DNA from: Callorhinchus milii
Taxonomy: Eukaryota
DNA: 64,000 nucleotides
Direction: 5' to 3'
Assembly (NCBI RefSeq): GCF_018977255.1
Contig: NW_024704743.1
Location: forward strand, 67,706,001-67,770,000
Made by a program: the position numbers and the translations under genes. The first letter of the stretch is position 1; each line of letters begins with the position of its first letter. The notes beneath the pieces were generated by a model. The model searched no databases, was not told where the DNA came from, and saw nothing but the letters and a program-made list of their open reading frames with translations. Below are positions 1-13,237 of the stretch, piece by piece.

Positions 1-2084
1 CCACAATATTTGACAATTAAGACATTAGCATGAGCTTTCCATCTGTGAAGCATTTGTTTTTCTCTCTTGACCACAATTGAATTGTTGTAATGAATCTCCA
101 GGGTATCAAGTGTTTATGTGGAAGAACATTTGACAGAAGTGAAACAAGAAGCAGCAGAAAGAGCCACTCGTAGGTGCACAATTGGTGCATTCTTTGCAAC
201 CAAGACTAAATGCATAAGAAGTGAGCAGGACATGGCAAAAATAGGGGAAAGGGCGAGGTGGGGGGGAACTATTCAGCTGCTTGCAGATAATGGAAGCCCT
301 GCCTAGGTCTTGTGATGGAGTCTTTTGATTAGACCCCAAAGTAGACTCCATTTTCCATGTGGCCATTGTCACAGCACACAACTGCTTCACTTGATCTCAC
401 TTGGGGGACATGGAAAAATTAAGTCAGTTTAGTTGAAGCAGGGTTAAGTAGGGCAGAGTCAAGCAATATTGGGAATATGGAAAAAAAACAATTTAAGGAG
501 TGGATGGAAGGCTTAAAGGAGAATATTGACAATGAAAATGAGTCTCGGTGTCCAAAGGAAGTATCTGGAGGCTAAAATGCAGGTTGGGTGAATAGCTCAT
601 GAGTTTGCCATGTTCAAACATTTACAGATACCCTTTATAAGTAGTTAACATATGCAATTGGCCTACAGAAATGCACAAAAACTACACTTTGCAGTGAATC
701 ATGTGAAGCTCTTTGAGATGTTTCCTGATGTAAAAGGCTTAATGTAAAATGCAAGGATTATTATTTATTTATGACTAATTCAAAGGATTGCAAATCATCT
801 GTACTTCTTTTTCATTGGTGGTTATCTAAATAATTAAGGGTAAACATATGAACATGCTTAACCCGTGGGCTATTAACCAAACCTGTATTTTAAACTTTTT
901 GTCAAAATTTATCCCTATTAAAACGACAAAAAGGAGCCCACCATTCTTTGGACTAAAAAAGGGCTGAAGTCGCCTAACCACAGTTACACACCATCAATAT
1001 AAAGATCTCAGTGCTTTGAGGAAATACTTTGCGAATTATGATTCCTCCCAATCCAGAACTTGAAACTGATCAATTCAACTCTTCTTTGATCAAAGCTTAT
1101 CTCTGATGTACTGCAACAGAATCCACCTCACTTTTTGTTCACAAATAAGATGTTAAAAATAATTAATAATCCTTACATTTGGTCTAGCGCCTTTCACATC
1201 AGAAGAACATCACAAAGTAAATGCTTCACAGTATATAATGAAAAGTGGAGTGATTGTGTGTTTCATGGATGAAACTGGCAGTCAAATTACACACAGTAAT
1301 GGCTCACAAACAGCCATGAAGTGATTTTCCAGTTTTATTGGGTTCGGGGGGGATATCTTCACCAATTAATAGTAATTGTCATAACACATGAGCAGCAAGT
1401 TAGCAGACCGATTACCAACATAGTCTGGATGGGGTGAATGAGTTGATTGCATTTGCAATGTTTTACAAAACTGACCATGATCAAACATGAATATTCCACA
1501 ATCAAAAGAGAAGTGGGACTGAGCAGTTTTCCACCCAGTCTACTGACCCCGTTGTGAAAAACTACTTATTATTTTCACCCTGATACATGTCTTTGTTTCA
1601 GATGGTGATTAAATGGGGACAGTTGAAAGAAATGAGCTGCATATTGAAGGTAGGTAATCTTTTGTAAAATGCCAGAGGTTTCAATTGCTTTCTAAATAAC
1701 TCCATTGCAAAAACTAGCCATAAATCAGTTAGTTTATTGCCTCTTCGGGAGACACATGAGCCTCTAGTGAATTATACAATATATAAGCAATTTTATCATT
1801 AGTGTTTACAGCATGACCTTTATCTACTGCAACAAGTGAACCTGGACAATAACTTTGCATTGTAACCAGGCTTACATTCTACAGTTCATTACTATGCATA
1901 TAAGCTGTGCACTTTCAAATATCATTTTGTCAGCTAGACCTGATGAAAACACATCAGTGTCTCAAATTGTTTGACATATATGTCCCTGCTATTTCTGAAT
2001 GTCATTTTATCCATTCTGTATTTTATTGACATTTAATGAAGTGCTACTACAGTATGGTTTAAAGTGTTAAAGTAAACATTTTAG

Positions 2085-2510
2085 TGTGTCAACCTGGCTC
2101 AGTTGGTGGCATTTCTGTCACTGAGTCAGAAGGTTACAGATTCAAGCCCCATGATGGGATGTGAAACCTGTATAGTCTAAACAGACACTCCAATGCAGCT
2201 CTGAAGCTACCATCCTTTGGATGAGATGCTAAATCAAGGTCCTATCTGCCTATTCAGGTGGGTGTTAAATATCTCATTGCATTCAAAAAGGGAAGGGTAT
2301 CTCCTGATGTCCGGATGTCCTGGCCAATCCACCAATTAAATTTGTCATTAATTTTGTGTCTGTTTGTGGGACATTCCTGTGCGCAAATTGACTGCCACGT
2401 TCACCCATAAAATACACAGTCATTACTTTACAGGATATTCTGTGATGCGCTTTGAGATGTCCTCCAAAAGTGAAAGGAGCTGTATCAAATGTAATGATTA
2501 TTATTGTTAT
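2085..2510 (+). mobile_element. Old DeuSINE (SacSINE1-like), near full length
   Basis: tRNA-like head (ctggctcagttggt...gagtcagaagg...ttcaagcccc), Deu-domain motif (ggatgagatgctaaatcaaggtcc...caggtgg), L2-type tail ending in (tta)n. Confidence 0.75.
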
Positions 2511-3360
2511 TTTCTTTGTGATTGATGTAACAGAAATAGCAACTGCATAAAAGCTATCTTAAAGGTTTCTCCGTTTAATAAGGAAAATATATATGTGCCT
2601 CCATCATGTTAAAGCTGTGAGAAAATTGTATATTTCAGTACTTTTGCAGCTGCAGTGGTTTAGAAGCACAGAACCCTGTATGCACAGACTTGTTTTAGTT
2701 AAGTCACTTGAGTGGAATATTGCTATCAGATGTTTCTAGTTTTGCAGCATATGTCAACTGCAGACTGGAAAGCAAATAATCCAGTGGTGGACACGGGATA
2801 CCAAGCAGCAAAGCTGAATCCTTTATCAGGAGAAACTAAACCACTCTAAATCACACAGCTCAAGACTTACTTTTATGCAACACTTCATCTGTCAGAAATA
2901 TACACACAGCTGGGGAGCAGGTACTAAAAGGCTCAATGCTCTGCATTATCCCTTTGGAAATGCAAGCAACCCAACAGTTAACTACAATGAGAAGATAATA
3001 TTGGTGTACATTTCTTTGAAAAGACTTGGGCTTTGGCCATCTTAAACTCTTCCTTTCATTCGATCCAAGGAGGAAAAGCTTTGTAAATGCAACTTAAAAG
3101 TACAGTACTTCTCTCACTCCTTTTATTGTATTTTGTGTTGTTTTTCAAAGGCTTCTGAACACAGTTAAAAATAAATCAGGTACAATTACATTTTCTGTTA
3201 ACTATATAAAAAGTGGATCTCTGTGGTTGTAGTTTCTAAAGGCACATACATTGGTGCTGGTGGGTTTGTATTTAATTAGTTTTTTTAAAATTTAACCATA
3301 AAGCTGGATTGGGTATGAAAGGAGATTGTTTTCAGCAGATTATAATCTTAGGGTTCAGTG

Positions 3361-3593
3361 GGCAGAGGTTTTACTTAGGTCCATATTCAATCTTATGTAG
3401 TATTTTAGAGCATTCAGAATTTGGAAAGCTGTTGTACTCAATCTTAACTTTGAGTTGTTTTTTCTCTAATTCTTAAAAGAACTTACAGAATAGCAGCTTC
3501 AAAATTAAAGCTGTATTTCAAAATTTGCCAAATTCTGGATGCTTTAAACTTGCTACATAAACAAAGTAAACTTAAGACAAGATAGAATATCCC
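3361..3593. mobile_element. Palindromic MITE-like element, copy 1
   Basis: Arms ttatgtag...gagcattcagaatttggaaa and tttgccaaattctggatgc...ctacataa are reverse complements; similar to 31090-31320 and 48920-49118. Confidence 0.6.
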
Positions 3594-4051
3594 AAAGGAT
3601 ATTCAGAAATAATTTTGTCAGCAGGTCATGACAGGGTGTAAAAGTTGTCTGTGAATTACATCAGCGTAAATCATAAAGGGTGATTCTCGTTCCTTTTTCT
3701 TGGGCCAAAAATCTACTCTGCCTGAAACATTGCTGCATGGCTGTCTGAAAAAGTGTGTCTAATGTAAACAAGATTTTCTCCATCAAAATGCAGCCTTGCT
3801 TGAGTTCGGTTGAACCAGATATCTCATCGGAGTTAAGTCCTCAAAAGGCTGCGTAGCAAATAGCAGTTTCCATGGAGAAGCTGCTCCTTTGAGCAGAGGC
3901 ACCTTAACCAGCAGTTACACAGTGGGTCACAAGCAGAACATGTTTCAGAATCCAATGACTTGTTTGAGTGAGCAGCAACTTTGTGTGGCTCAATCCCATC
4001 AGGTGGCTTCTGACACTTCCATCCTTTTCCAAATTGATGACAAGATATTTA

Positions 4052-4390
4052 GTGGAGTCCTGTAGCATATCGCTTAGAGCATTCTCATCGCAAGCAAGAA
4101 GACCTGGGTTCGATTCCCAGGCAGGCCCAAGTTTTTTTACTCCACACGCCTCTGTTTACCTAGGAACCTGGTTGTTAGTCATCACTTTTCTGGAGGCAAT
4201 ATCCCTTGAAAAAAAAATATATTATTTTGTCACTGAATCCATGACTGTTTGTAGGACACTGCTGTGTGCAATTGGCTGCTATGTTTTGCCCACAAAATAT
4301 ACAGTCAATTCACTTTACAGTATATTCCATGAAGCGTCTCGATGACGTGATAAAGCACTACATCAAATGCAAGGATTATTATTATTATTA
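4052..4390 (+). mobile_element. tRNA-Ala-headed SINE, long subfamily
   Basis: ggagtcctgtagc head, B-box gggttcgattcc, internal gcctctgtttaccta segment, tail aaatgcaaggattatta. Confidence 0.85.
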
Positions 4391-4970
4391 TTTAATCTTT
4401 GCACGGCCAAGGCATTTTTACTTTTTCCATTGTTCACCCCCCTCACTTGTTCAGAGTGCAGTGGAATGCCCTGGGTGAAAACAAGGTAAGATGAAATTTC
4501 TCAATTTTCAACAAATGATGATCCTCTCGCTCTGTCTGTAGTGAGTCATGTATTGTACCAGAAAGCAACATAAATACAGTGGAAGCTGCTTAAAATGGAC
4601 ACATCAGGGCAGGCCATTTTGGCCGAAGTTCACTTATTTCTTTCTACCCATTGGAGGAACAGCAGCGGCGCCGCCTCCCACCCATGGCTGTTCCCATTGG
4701 AAGGGAAGGGGCCTAATAAGCAGCGGCTTCGAGGTGACTGACAGCCTGAAGCTGCTTGTGAATGGATGGGCTCCATCCATTCCCGAGTGGCTCCAGGCTT
4801 GTCAATCAATCGGCATTCCCTCCCTTGTTTCTTCCCGTTCCTCCGCCCCCTCATTGATTGACAGCCAGAGCTGCCCGTGACTGTCTGGAGTCCGCTGCCA
4901 ATCATCACAATTTGACTCCTCCCATCTCCATCCCAGAGCCACCAGTTGCTGAATGGAGCCACAGAAGGTA

Positions 4971-5287
4971 ATAATAATAATAATAGTCCTTGAATTTGAT
5001 GTAGCACTTTTCACGTCTTCTAGACATCTCAAAGCGCTTCACAGAATACACTGTAAAGTGAATTGACTGTATATTTGTGGGCGAACGCGGCAGCCAATTG
5101 CGCACAGCAATGTCACACAAACAGTCGTAGATTGAAAATGACCAATTTATTATTGTTTTTTTTGGAGGGATTATTATTAGGCGTGTGGAGTAAGGAAACT
5201 TGCCCAAGGTTTCGCCCTGCCTGGAATTGAACTCAGGTCTCTCGCTTGCAAAGCGAGTGCTCTAACCACTGAGCTACAGGACTCCAC
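4971..5287 (-). mobile_element. tRNA-Ala-headed SINE, short subfamily, with 6-bp TSD AAGGTA
   Basis: Full head to (tta)n tail; aaggta at 4965-4970 and 5288-5293. Confidence 0.9.
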
Positions 5288-5544
5288 AAGGTATGAGTGA
5301 GTAGACGCAGTGGAGACCATTGCAGCATTTTGTCCAGATTAACCGTCATATTTTAAACAGGTAAGAATACAAATGAATCAGGGCCGAGTGTTTTCTCCAA
5401 TATAGCCAGTGTTAACCAGTGTCCAGCTAAAGCAGATTGCACTGTATTGAGGTCAACCTGCAATATCAATTTGAAACTCACAAGGTACCAATTACTATTA
5501 AGCCTATTAAGCCTGTAGGTGGTCATGAAGGGAGTGGCAGGGAA

Positions 5545-6530
5545 GGAAGTAGTGAAGCTGGGAAGCAACGAGCTCTTCCTGAACCTTCAAAACAAAAGGG
5601 GGGTTGGAGATGGGATGGTAGTTGGAGAGCAGGGATGGGTCCAGGGATGTTTTTTTAAGGATAGGCGATGATGGCCATTTTTAAAGGGGTGAGAACGGTG
5701 TCAGTGGACAGGGAGAGGTTTACAATGTCTGTAAGTAGAGGGGCAAGGAGGTGGAGCTGGGGGTAAGGAGAGGGGTAGGGATGGGGTCGAGGGAGCAGGT
5801 GGTCGTTTCATGTGGATTATTGTGGTGGTGAAAGAGGAGGGGGAGACAGGTTCGAAGGTGTTGAGGGAGGGATGGGTAGGGGCCGGGGTGTGAGGGGGAT
5901 ATAGGGGCAGTGATCATAAGGGCAGAGGCAGCAGAGCAGAACCCCTCGACTTTGCTTTCAGGGAAGTCCAGCATCGCCTCGCAGTTGGCGTTGGAGGAGA
6001 AGATGGGCTAGGCATAAAAGGGTGGGCAGAGGAGCCGGTTGGTGATGGAGAAGAGGAGCCAATTAGGGTCCTAGTTGTCCTTGGCCTCCAAGATCGTCTT
6101 GGAGTAGAAGATCGATTTAGCAGAGGTGAGGGCAGAGAGGTAAGATTTGATAAGTTCCAGCCAGATCTGCCGATGGACGGTTAAGTTGGATTTGAGCCAG
6201 GTGCGATCAGTGGCACACACCTATGCCTTAAGGCAGTGGAGGTGGCTGGTGTACCAGAGTGACTTTCGTAGGAGATGGTTCGGGAAGTGAGGGGAGCAAG
6301 GGCATCGAGAGTGGTGGAGAGGGAGTTGTGGAGGAGAGTGACCGAGGAGGATAGGTCATTGCGGGAGGAAGCCCAGAGTGGGAGGAGTTCAGATGACTCC
6401 AAGGCAGTGGAGAGGGAGGGGGGAAGATTTTTTTCCAGGGGCAGTAGGACATGGAGGTGGGTTGGGTGGTGGTGGGGAGAGGGAATGAGAAGTTAAGGGA
6501 GATGAAGTAATGGTCCGAGATGGTGATTAT
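5545..6530 (-). mobile_element. L2-clade LINE, internal ORF2 fragment (endonuclease-RT linker)
   Basis: Translates to LHNSLSTTLDALAPL...ILKKTSLDPSLLSNYHPISN-like motifs with stops and frameshifts. Confidence 0.8.
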
Positions 6531-6857
6531 TCACACTGAATATCATTAAAACCTTTCCACTGCTGTGAGTTATGAGTATGAAAGGTTGTGAAATAACTTT
6601 TGAGGACTTTAAAAGATAAATTTAATTCCTGACAATGTTGCCTGTATTTCTTAATGGCAATTTTTTATGCTGATTAAGGCACAGGATTTTAATGCTGGAG
6701 ATTGAAAGGCCATTTTCTATTTCAGTGCCAGGTACTCCCAGAATGGACACAGCATAGTGACTTGAGGAGCAGACTGCCTTTATTCTGTTCCAGAATTATC
6801 ATTGAACCCTAAACTCAGAAGAGCATTTCCCATTACACTTGGATGATAGATTTTGCT

Positions 6858-7345
6858 GCAACAACAACTTGCGATCATATAGCACCCTTTACACAAGTTA
6901 GTGTCTACAAGTACAGTACAGTTGTGGGGATATATATTGATCAAGAAAGAAGGGGGAGGTAACCATAGGTATGGTTGAAGAAATGGGTCTCAAGGGGGGA
7001 TTTAAAGATAGATAAAGAGGGGGCAAGGAGGGGAATGAAGGCAGGGAGTTCCAAAGGTTAGAGGTCTAGTGACTGAAGGCACGCACACTGCTGGTGGGGC
7101 AGAGGGGGCGGAGGTCATGCAGCAGGGCCCTGCCAGCTGAGTGAAAAGTGAGGAGTGGATTATCAGCTGGTCAGAGAGATAAAGAGGTGCTCAGGCATGA
7201 AGGGATTTGTATGCAATCTGAAACAGGGTGAGGATCTCTTTTCGGAGTCAGTGGAGCCTGGTAAGGATTGGGGTGATGGGTCTGCAGAGTTTAATATGGG
7301 TAAGGGCACGTGCAGACAGCGAGGTTTTGGATGAGTTGGAGTGCA
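6858..7345 (-). mobile_element. Old L2 3' fragment
   Basis: (ttg)n tail and degraded LWNSLP-type 3' ORF2 sequence. Confidence 0.55.
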
Positions 7346-7383
7346 GTTAGCGCTTGTCCCTAGTTTAAAAAAAATGTAGCTTA

Positions 7384-7934
7384 TAATGTGCATGTATTCT
7401 GTACAAGACTAGGATAGGTATAATAACCCTCACATTTTATCCAGCACATTATCATATCATTAAAACGTCTTGACGCCCTTCACAAAATTCACTGTGCAGC
7501 CATTTTGGAGTGGAGTCCTGTAGCTCAGTGATTAGAATACTTACGACACAAGTGGGTTCAATTCCCGGCAGGGTGAAACGTTGGGCAAGTTTCCTTGCTC
7601 CACAAGCCTCTGTTTTCCTAGCAGTAAGTAGGAACCCGCTTGTTAGTCGATTGGCTGATCGCTTTTCCGGGGGTAATAATTCTTTTTTAAAAAAATAATA
7701 AATTGGTCACTCAATCCACGACTGTTTTGGGGACACTGCTGCACGCAATTGGCTGCCGTGTTTTGCCCATAAAATATACAGTCAATTCACTTTACAGTAT
7801 ATTCTGTGAAGCGCTTTGAGACGTCGAGAAGACGTGAAAAGCGCTATATCAAATGCAAAGATTATTATTATAAGTGCTTTGAGACGTCTTGAAGACGTGA
7901 TAGGGCGCTATATCAAATGCAAGATTATTATTAT
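7384..7934 (+). mobile_element. Long-subfamily SINE (from ~7510) with a 126-nt 5' extension and a duplicated tail
   Basis: Extension also present at 56401-56526; tail repeated at ~7871-7934. Confidence 0.8.
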
Positions 7935-8489
7935 CTTATGGATGGTTGAGATGGTGGAAGCAAACTGAATTTATAGAATGATAAAATTAAAATAGCATAT
8001 TTTTGCAGCAGAGAGATGTTTCTTTCTTACTGAGAGTAACACTTCCACCACTGCTGCCTTTGAATTGCATTTACACTTCTCTTGCTCCACTGATGGAAAG
8101 AAGAAAAATTATTTTCAGTCGGCTTGGTTTGAGTCTTTTGAAAAAGATGTGCATGTCAAATTATTCTTTTCACTTTATGATCTGCCTTAGAAATCTATAA
8201 AACCAAATATCCACATCAAAATGTCATTTTATTTAAAAAAATTCAGTAGCTTTGCAGCATAAATAAGATCAATTCTTCTTAACTATTTGTCAGGTTGCTG
8301 ACTTTAAAGAAAAAGAACATCACACTCATTACAAGCTCGTCTTCTTCATTGCCCCATTGATATCTAAGAGTTGTGAGTTTGCACATTGTGAATCTGACAC
8401 ACAGCTGCTCCCAGTATTAAAGCTACAGAAGATTTTAACTCTGATTAGATTGTGGAGTTAAATACTCCTGCCTTTCCCTCTCAATTCAC

Positions 8490-8768
8490 ATGAGACATTA
8501 AACCGAAGTCCTGTCTGCCTGTTCAGGTGGATGTTAAAGATTCAATGATTGTTTTCAAAAAGAGAAGGGAATTTCTCCCAGTGTCCTAGCCAACATTCCC
8601 CAGATAAAATTGGTCACTCACTGCATGGCTGTTTGTGGAACAGTGCTGTGCACAACTTGGTTGTCATGTTCACCTACAAATACATAGTCACTAAATGATG
8701 CACAAATTCCTATGAAGGGCTTTGAGACGGTGTGATAAGATGCTATATAGTACAACAATTATTATAAT
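8490..8768 (+). mobile_element. DeuSINE 3' half
   Basis: tgagacattaaaccgaagtcctgtctgcctgttcaggtggatgttaaag core plus tail. Confidence 0.7.
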
Positions 8769-10019
8769 ATGCCTGGAGCTGGGAAACAGGATGTTAACAT
8801 CGAATCTGCTGCAGGTTTAAGATGTAAATGAATGTCAGTGGGAACTTTAACTCCTCTCTGTGGTATTACTGACTTGCCTTAAACCTAACTATGGGGCGGG
8901 AGGGGGGGATGGGTGCACGGGGGAGGGGTGTGGAGGAGAGATGGTGGATCAGGTAGACGGATTGAAATTTCAATGGGCTTAAAAAGTATCAGAGAGATTT
9001 GCATCTCCCTACTTGGTATTTCAGCCTCTCCTACTGTACAATGCTTTGTAGCTTTTCCACAATCTGGGTCATTTCAGATGGTACTTACTAAAAATAGGCT
9101 CACACAGACAAGTTTCTGAAGAGCTCTTCAGTGTCCTCAAGGTACAGGAATGGCTTGTTGTATGCAATTTAAACCAGCCTGCGGTACTTCAGCTCCAAGC
9201 TCCCTGGGGTAATATATTAGCCCGTTCTCCCCACAACCACATTGCTTGTATAACAGTGGCAGGTAACCCACATGCCATTACAGCTCTTGGAAAGACTGTT
9301 GTGGATTTCATTTTATAGTTTGAAATTACATTGAAATACTGTATCATACATCCATCATGATGTTATAGACTTGTAAACCTTTCAGTATCATCTTAATCTT
9401 AATAATTACCGACAAAATGAAAACTGATGGCCAAGGAGTGGGTTTTTTGAAATCTTGTTAATAATTGAATGACAGTGTGATTTCATTGCTTTGGCACGAG
9501 ATGCTGATGTGCTGATATTTCCATAAATACATAATTCCGTGTTCATTATAGTCACGTTGTCACATACTTGTGGGTTTATTGACTATTAACATTTAAATCG
9601 ATTTCAATGCAGACCGTTCAGCAGTGCAACACACCCGCTGCTGCTGATATCCTCTAGGAAATACATAGTCACTACACTTCACGATAAAAATTCCTGTGAA
9701 GCGATTCAAGATATTCTGACGATATGATGATGTGCTAAATCAAATGCCATAATTATTTTTATCCCATTCCCTCTCCATATATCACTGGTCTACCATGGAA
9801 AGGGATTGAAAAGCAGCAGGTAAATGTTCCTGGAATACACTCCCAGATTTTCCTTCAGCATTCATTCATACTGCCAGAGATCTGAATGCAGGTTGCTTAC
9901 TTTTTCTTTCACAAAGGAGAAATAGTGCACTATCGATGGAGGAACAGTACATAAAAATCTATTGACAACCCATTTTGTATCAGAATTAGAGGTGATCACA
10001 AGATCATACGATTGGTCTG

Positions 10020-10315
10020 GATGAAGAAGGCTCAGTGGCCCATTCAATTTCATCACTCCAGAACACCCAACCTATCATTCCATCTTCTCCTGCACACCCA
10101 CCATCCCATCCCCCATCCCTGCACCAAACTGCTTTTTCAATGAATCTAGTAACCTTACCTCTAATCCTGTTTACCTTGTTTATTGCTGCCTCACATTATT
10201 TTGACATAGTGGGTGAAGTGTCAACTAGATCTTCTTTCAGCTTCTCCTTGGCAAGTTCAATCTCATCCATGGAATACTTTTTCTTTTTTTTATATTTTAC
10301 AAAATACAGTCAAAT
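10020..10315 (-). mobile_element. CR1 fragment, internally deleted
   Basis: Matches two parts of the CR1 at 15250-16220 (ctccttggcaagt...catccatggaatac). Confidence 0.55.
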
Positions 10316-10394
10316 CACTTTACCGTCCTCCTTCGGTGGTCTCCCCAGCTCCACAATACACAAAATCCAATGAATTCAAAATTCCGCCACTTGG

Positions 10395-10760
10395 AAACTC
10401 GCCCGCACAAAATCCCATATCCCCATCACACCAGTCCTTATTGCTTACCCCCTACTCCACCACCCGCTGCCTCCGCTTGGCTAGCTCCAGCCTCCTGTTT
10501 GTCCCTCGTCCCCTCTGATCCACTATCGGTGGCCGTGACTTCAGCTACTACGCCCTGAAACTCTGGAATTCTCTCCCTCAATCCTTCCGCCTTGCGCCCT
10601 CCCTCTCCACTTTCAAATCCTGCCTAAAAATCTTCCTTTTTGATCGTACTTCTGGTCACCTCCCCTCTCCCCGGCTCGAGGTCAGACTCCACCACTGTTA
10701 AGCTCTCTGGGACGCTACCCCGCATGAAGGCCGCGATATAAATGCAAGTTGTTTTTGTTG
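10395..10760 (+). mobile_element. L2 3' fragment
   Basis: aaactctggaattctctccctc...tail aaatgcaagttgtt. Confidence 0.75.
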
Positions 10761-10864
10761 AGTCTTATATATGGCACTTTGTTGATGATTCTGCTAGTCA
10801 TTGTTAAACCAACCCACCTCTGCAAACAAATCCTTCCATCTTTCTAAATTCCCAAATCTTCCCA

Positions 10865-11238
10865 ATGGTTAGAGCACTCGCCTCGCAAGCGAGAGATCTG
10901 GGTTCGATTCCCGGCAGGGCGAAATGTTGGGCAAGTTTCCTTACTCCACACTCTTCTGTTTACCTAGCAGTAAGTAGGAATCCGGCTGTTAGTCGATTGG
11001 CGGATCACTTTTCTGGCGATAATAATCTCTCAAGAAGAAAAAGAATAAAAAATAATAATTTGGTCTTCAATCCGCAACTGTTTGTGGGACACTGTTGTGC
11101 GGAATTGGCTGCTGTGTTTCACCCACAAATATACAGTCAATTCACTTTACAGTATATGCTGTGAAGTGTTTTGAGACATCCAGAAGATGTGAAAAGCATT
11201 ATATCAAATGCAAGTTATTATTATTATTATTGTTATTA
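10865..11238 (+). mobile_element. tRNA-Ala-headed SINE, long subfamily, slightly 5'-clipped
   Basis: ggttagagcactcgcctcgcaagcgagag...tacctagcagtaagtagg...(tta)n. Confidence 0.85.
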
Positions 11239-11971
11239 TCTTGCATATACCCTTCTGCTTTCAAAGCTTTTCTAAACACCTACCTTTGACAATGCCTTTG
11301 GTTACCTACCACCTACGCTCCCCATCTCCTACCTTGTTTCTTTGAAGCTTTCGAAAACGTTATCCAATGTGAAAGGCTTTATATAAATGAAGTTGCTCTA
11401 ACCAGTGGAGAAAACAGACACTGTCATGTGCCAATTTTGGTAAATTTCCCAGTTATAGTAACAAAATCACTTTTTTATGTGCAAACCATGCAAGCATGTT
11501 ATCTTTATGCCCAAAGACAACACAGAGCAACATTCAGTTGAAATATTTGACAATTTATAACTAAGATCAATTCATCATTTTATTTTAAGTTGGTTCATGT
11601 AGTTCCACAAAAATATTTCATATGACAAGGTTACAAAAGAGGTTTGAATGAAAAAAGGCCCTTAGCCAATTTCACAAGATAACAAGATTAATTTGGATGA
11701 AGAATTCCTCTCAGCCTAACTGATCTTCTCCTTCCAGAATACCCACCCTATGATCCTCCCATCAAAGCATCAAAATGTTTTTTTAAAATGAATCCAGTAA
11801 CTTGGCTTGAAAAACCTTTCCTTGTGACCTGTTAAATCATTAAGTCATTAATTACCCTCTGAGTAAAGAAAAAAATCCTGGCATTTGTCCTGAAATTGCC
11901 ATTTGCAACTGTAAATCTCTGTCATCTTGTTCTGGTCCGTCTGTGCATCTGAAAGTTTTGTATTGCGTTTT

Positions 11972-12410
11972 ATGTCAGTCTGGCTCAGTTGTAGGATTCT
12001 CGTTTCTGAGTCAAAAGATTGTGGATTAAAGCCCCAAGATGTGTTTTAAACACACATAGTCTAAGATGATATATCAGTGCAGTGAGGATGTGTTGCATTG
12101 TTGGATGTGCTATCCTTCGGATGAGACGTTAAATCAAGGTCCCATCTGCCTGTTCAGGTGGATATTGAAGATCCTATGGCATGATTCAAAAGGAGAAGGG
12201 AGTTTCCCCCAGTGACCTGACCAACAATCTCCCAAATAAAATTGATCATTTGTTTCATGCTGTTTTTTGGGGCATTGTAATGTGCAACTGGGCTGCCATG
12301 TTAACCTAAAAATAGTCACTTAAATTCACAGTGTAAAAAAACTGTGAAGCACGCTGGGATGTCCAACAGATATCAAAAGTTCTATACAAAATGTAAGGAT
12401 TATCATTTTT
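11972..12410 (+). mobile_element. DeuSINE (SacSINE1-like), near full length
   Basis: gtcagtctggctcagttg...cggatgagacgttaaatcaagg...tail. Confidence 0.78.
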
Positions 12411-13237
12411 ATTTAATACTTTCTTAATCCCATTCAAATACTGCATATCTTTACAAAAGTTCCACAAAAGACAAAATGTAACATAAAGATCCCTCATCAT
12501 TGCAAAATCTGGAAAGGATTTGCGGAAACTCCCCCTGAAAATTATGTATTCCATGACCTGGAACCATAACGTAATAATCATTGCAATCTATAATTATCTA
12601 GCTACTGACAAAGTGTTTCCTCATATAGTATGGATCATACATGATTAATTCAGCTTTGTTTTTACTAAAGGTGCCAGTGTTAAGTTGAAGAAACATCAAC
12701 TGCCCTGGAAGAATTTCCACGCACCAGTGAAGACTGAAGAAATGTAGAATCCAATTCATTCACCTTCTGCTCCAGAAGTACAGTCAGCTCTTCTCAATGA
12801 ACAGCTGACAAGTGAACACTTCTGTTGTGGGAATAGAAATTGAAATTGGCAAAACATCTTTCTATCTTTAGTCATCAATCATCTGAACTGAATTGTTTAA
12901 GCTGCTAACTTTACGTGAACAAATACTATTTTGCTCACATCCACATTTTGACTTTTTAAAAAACTTATTTCACCAAAATGATGACAAAGATAACCAACGG
13001 GATCTGCTTTCACCTTGGACACCCAGTGTCAGCATCAAGCATTCTCCAGTTAGATGTAACCAGGGCTATAAAAAACAGTACAGGTCCCTCAGAACCACTC
13101 ATAACATCATGTTAACCAAACCTTGAGAATATCCAGCATCAGTATACGATTTGTTCCATTCTTAAGATCTCTTTAAAGTGAGCTTGTTGATTTGTATCAA
13201 ATTGTTGCCTTACGCCCATTGGGAACCATGGCTAAAT

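Noticed and set aside
1930..1990. Hammerhead-like ctgatga-stem-caaa
   Set aside because: GAAA core is missing and no stem I partner is present.
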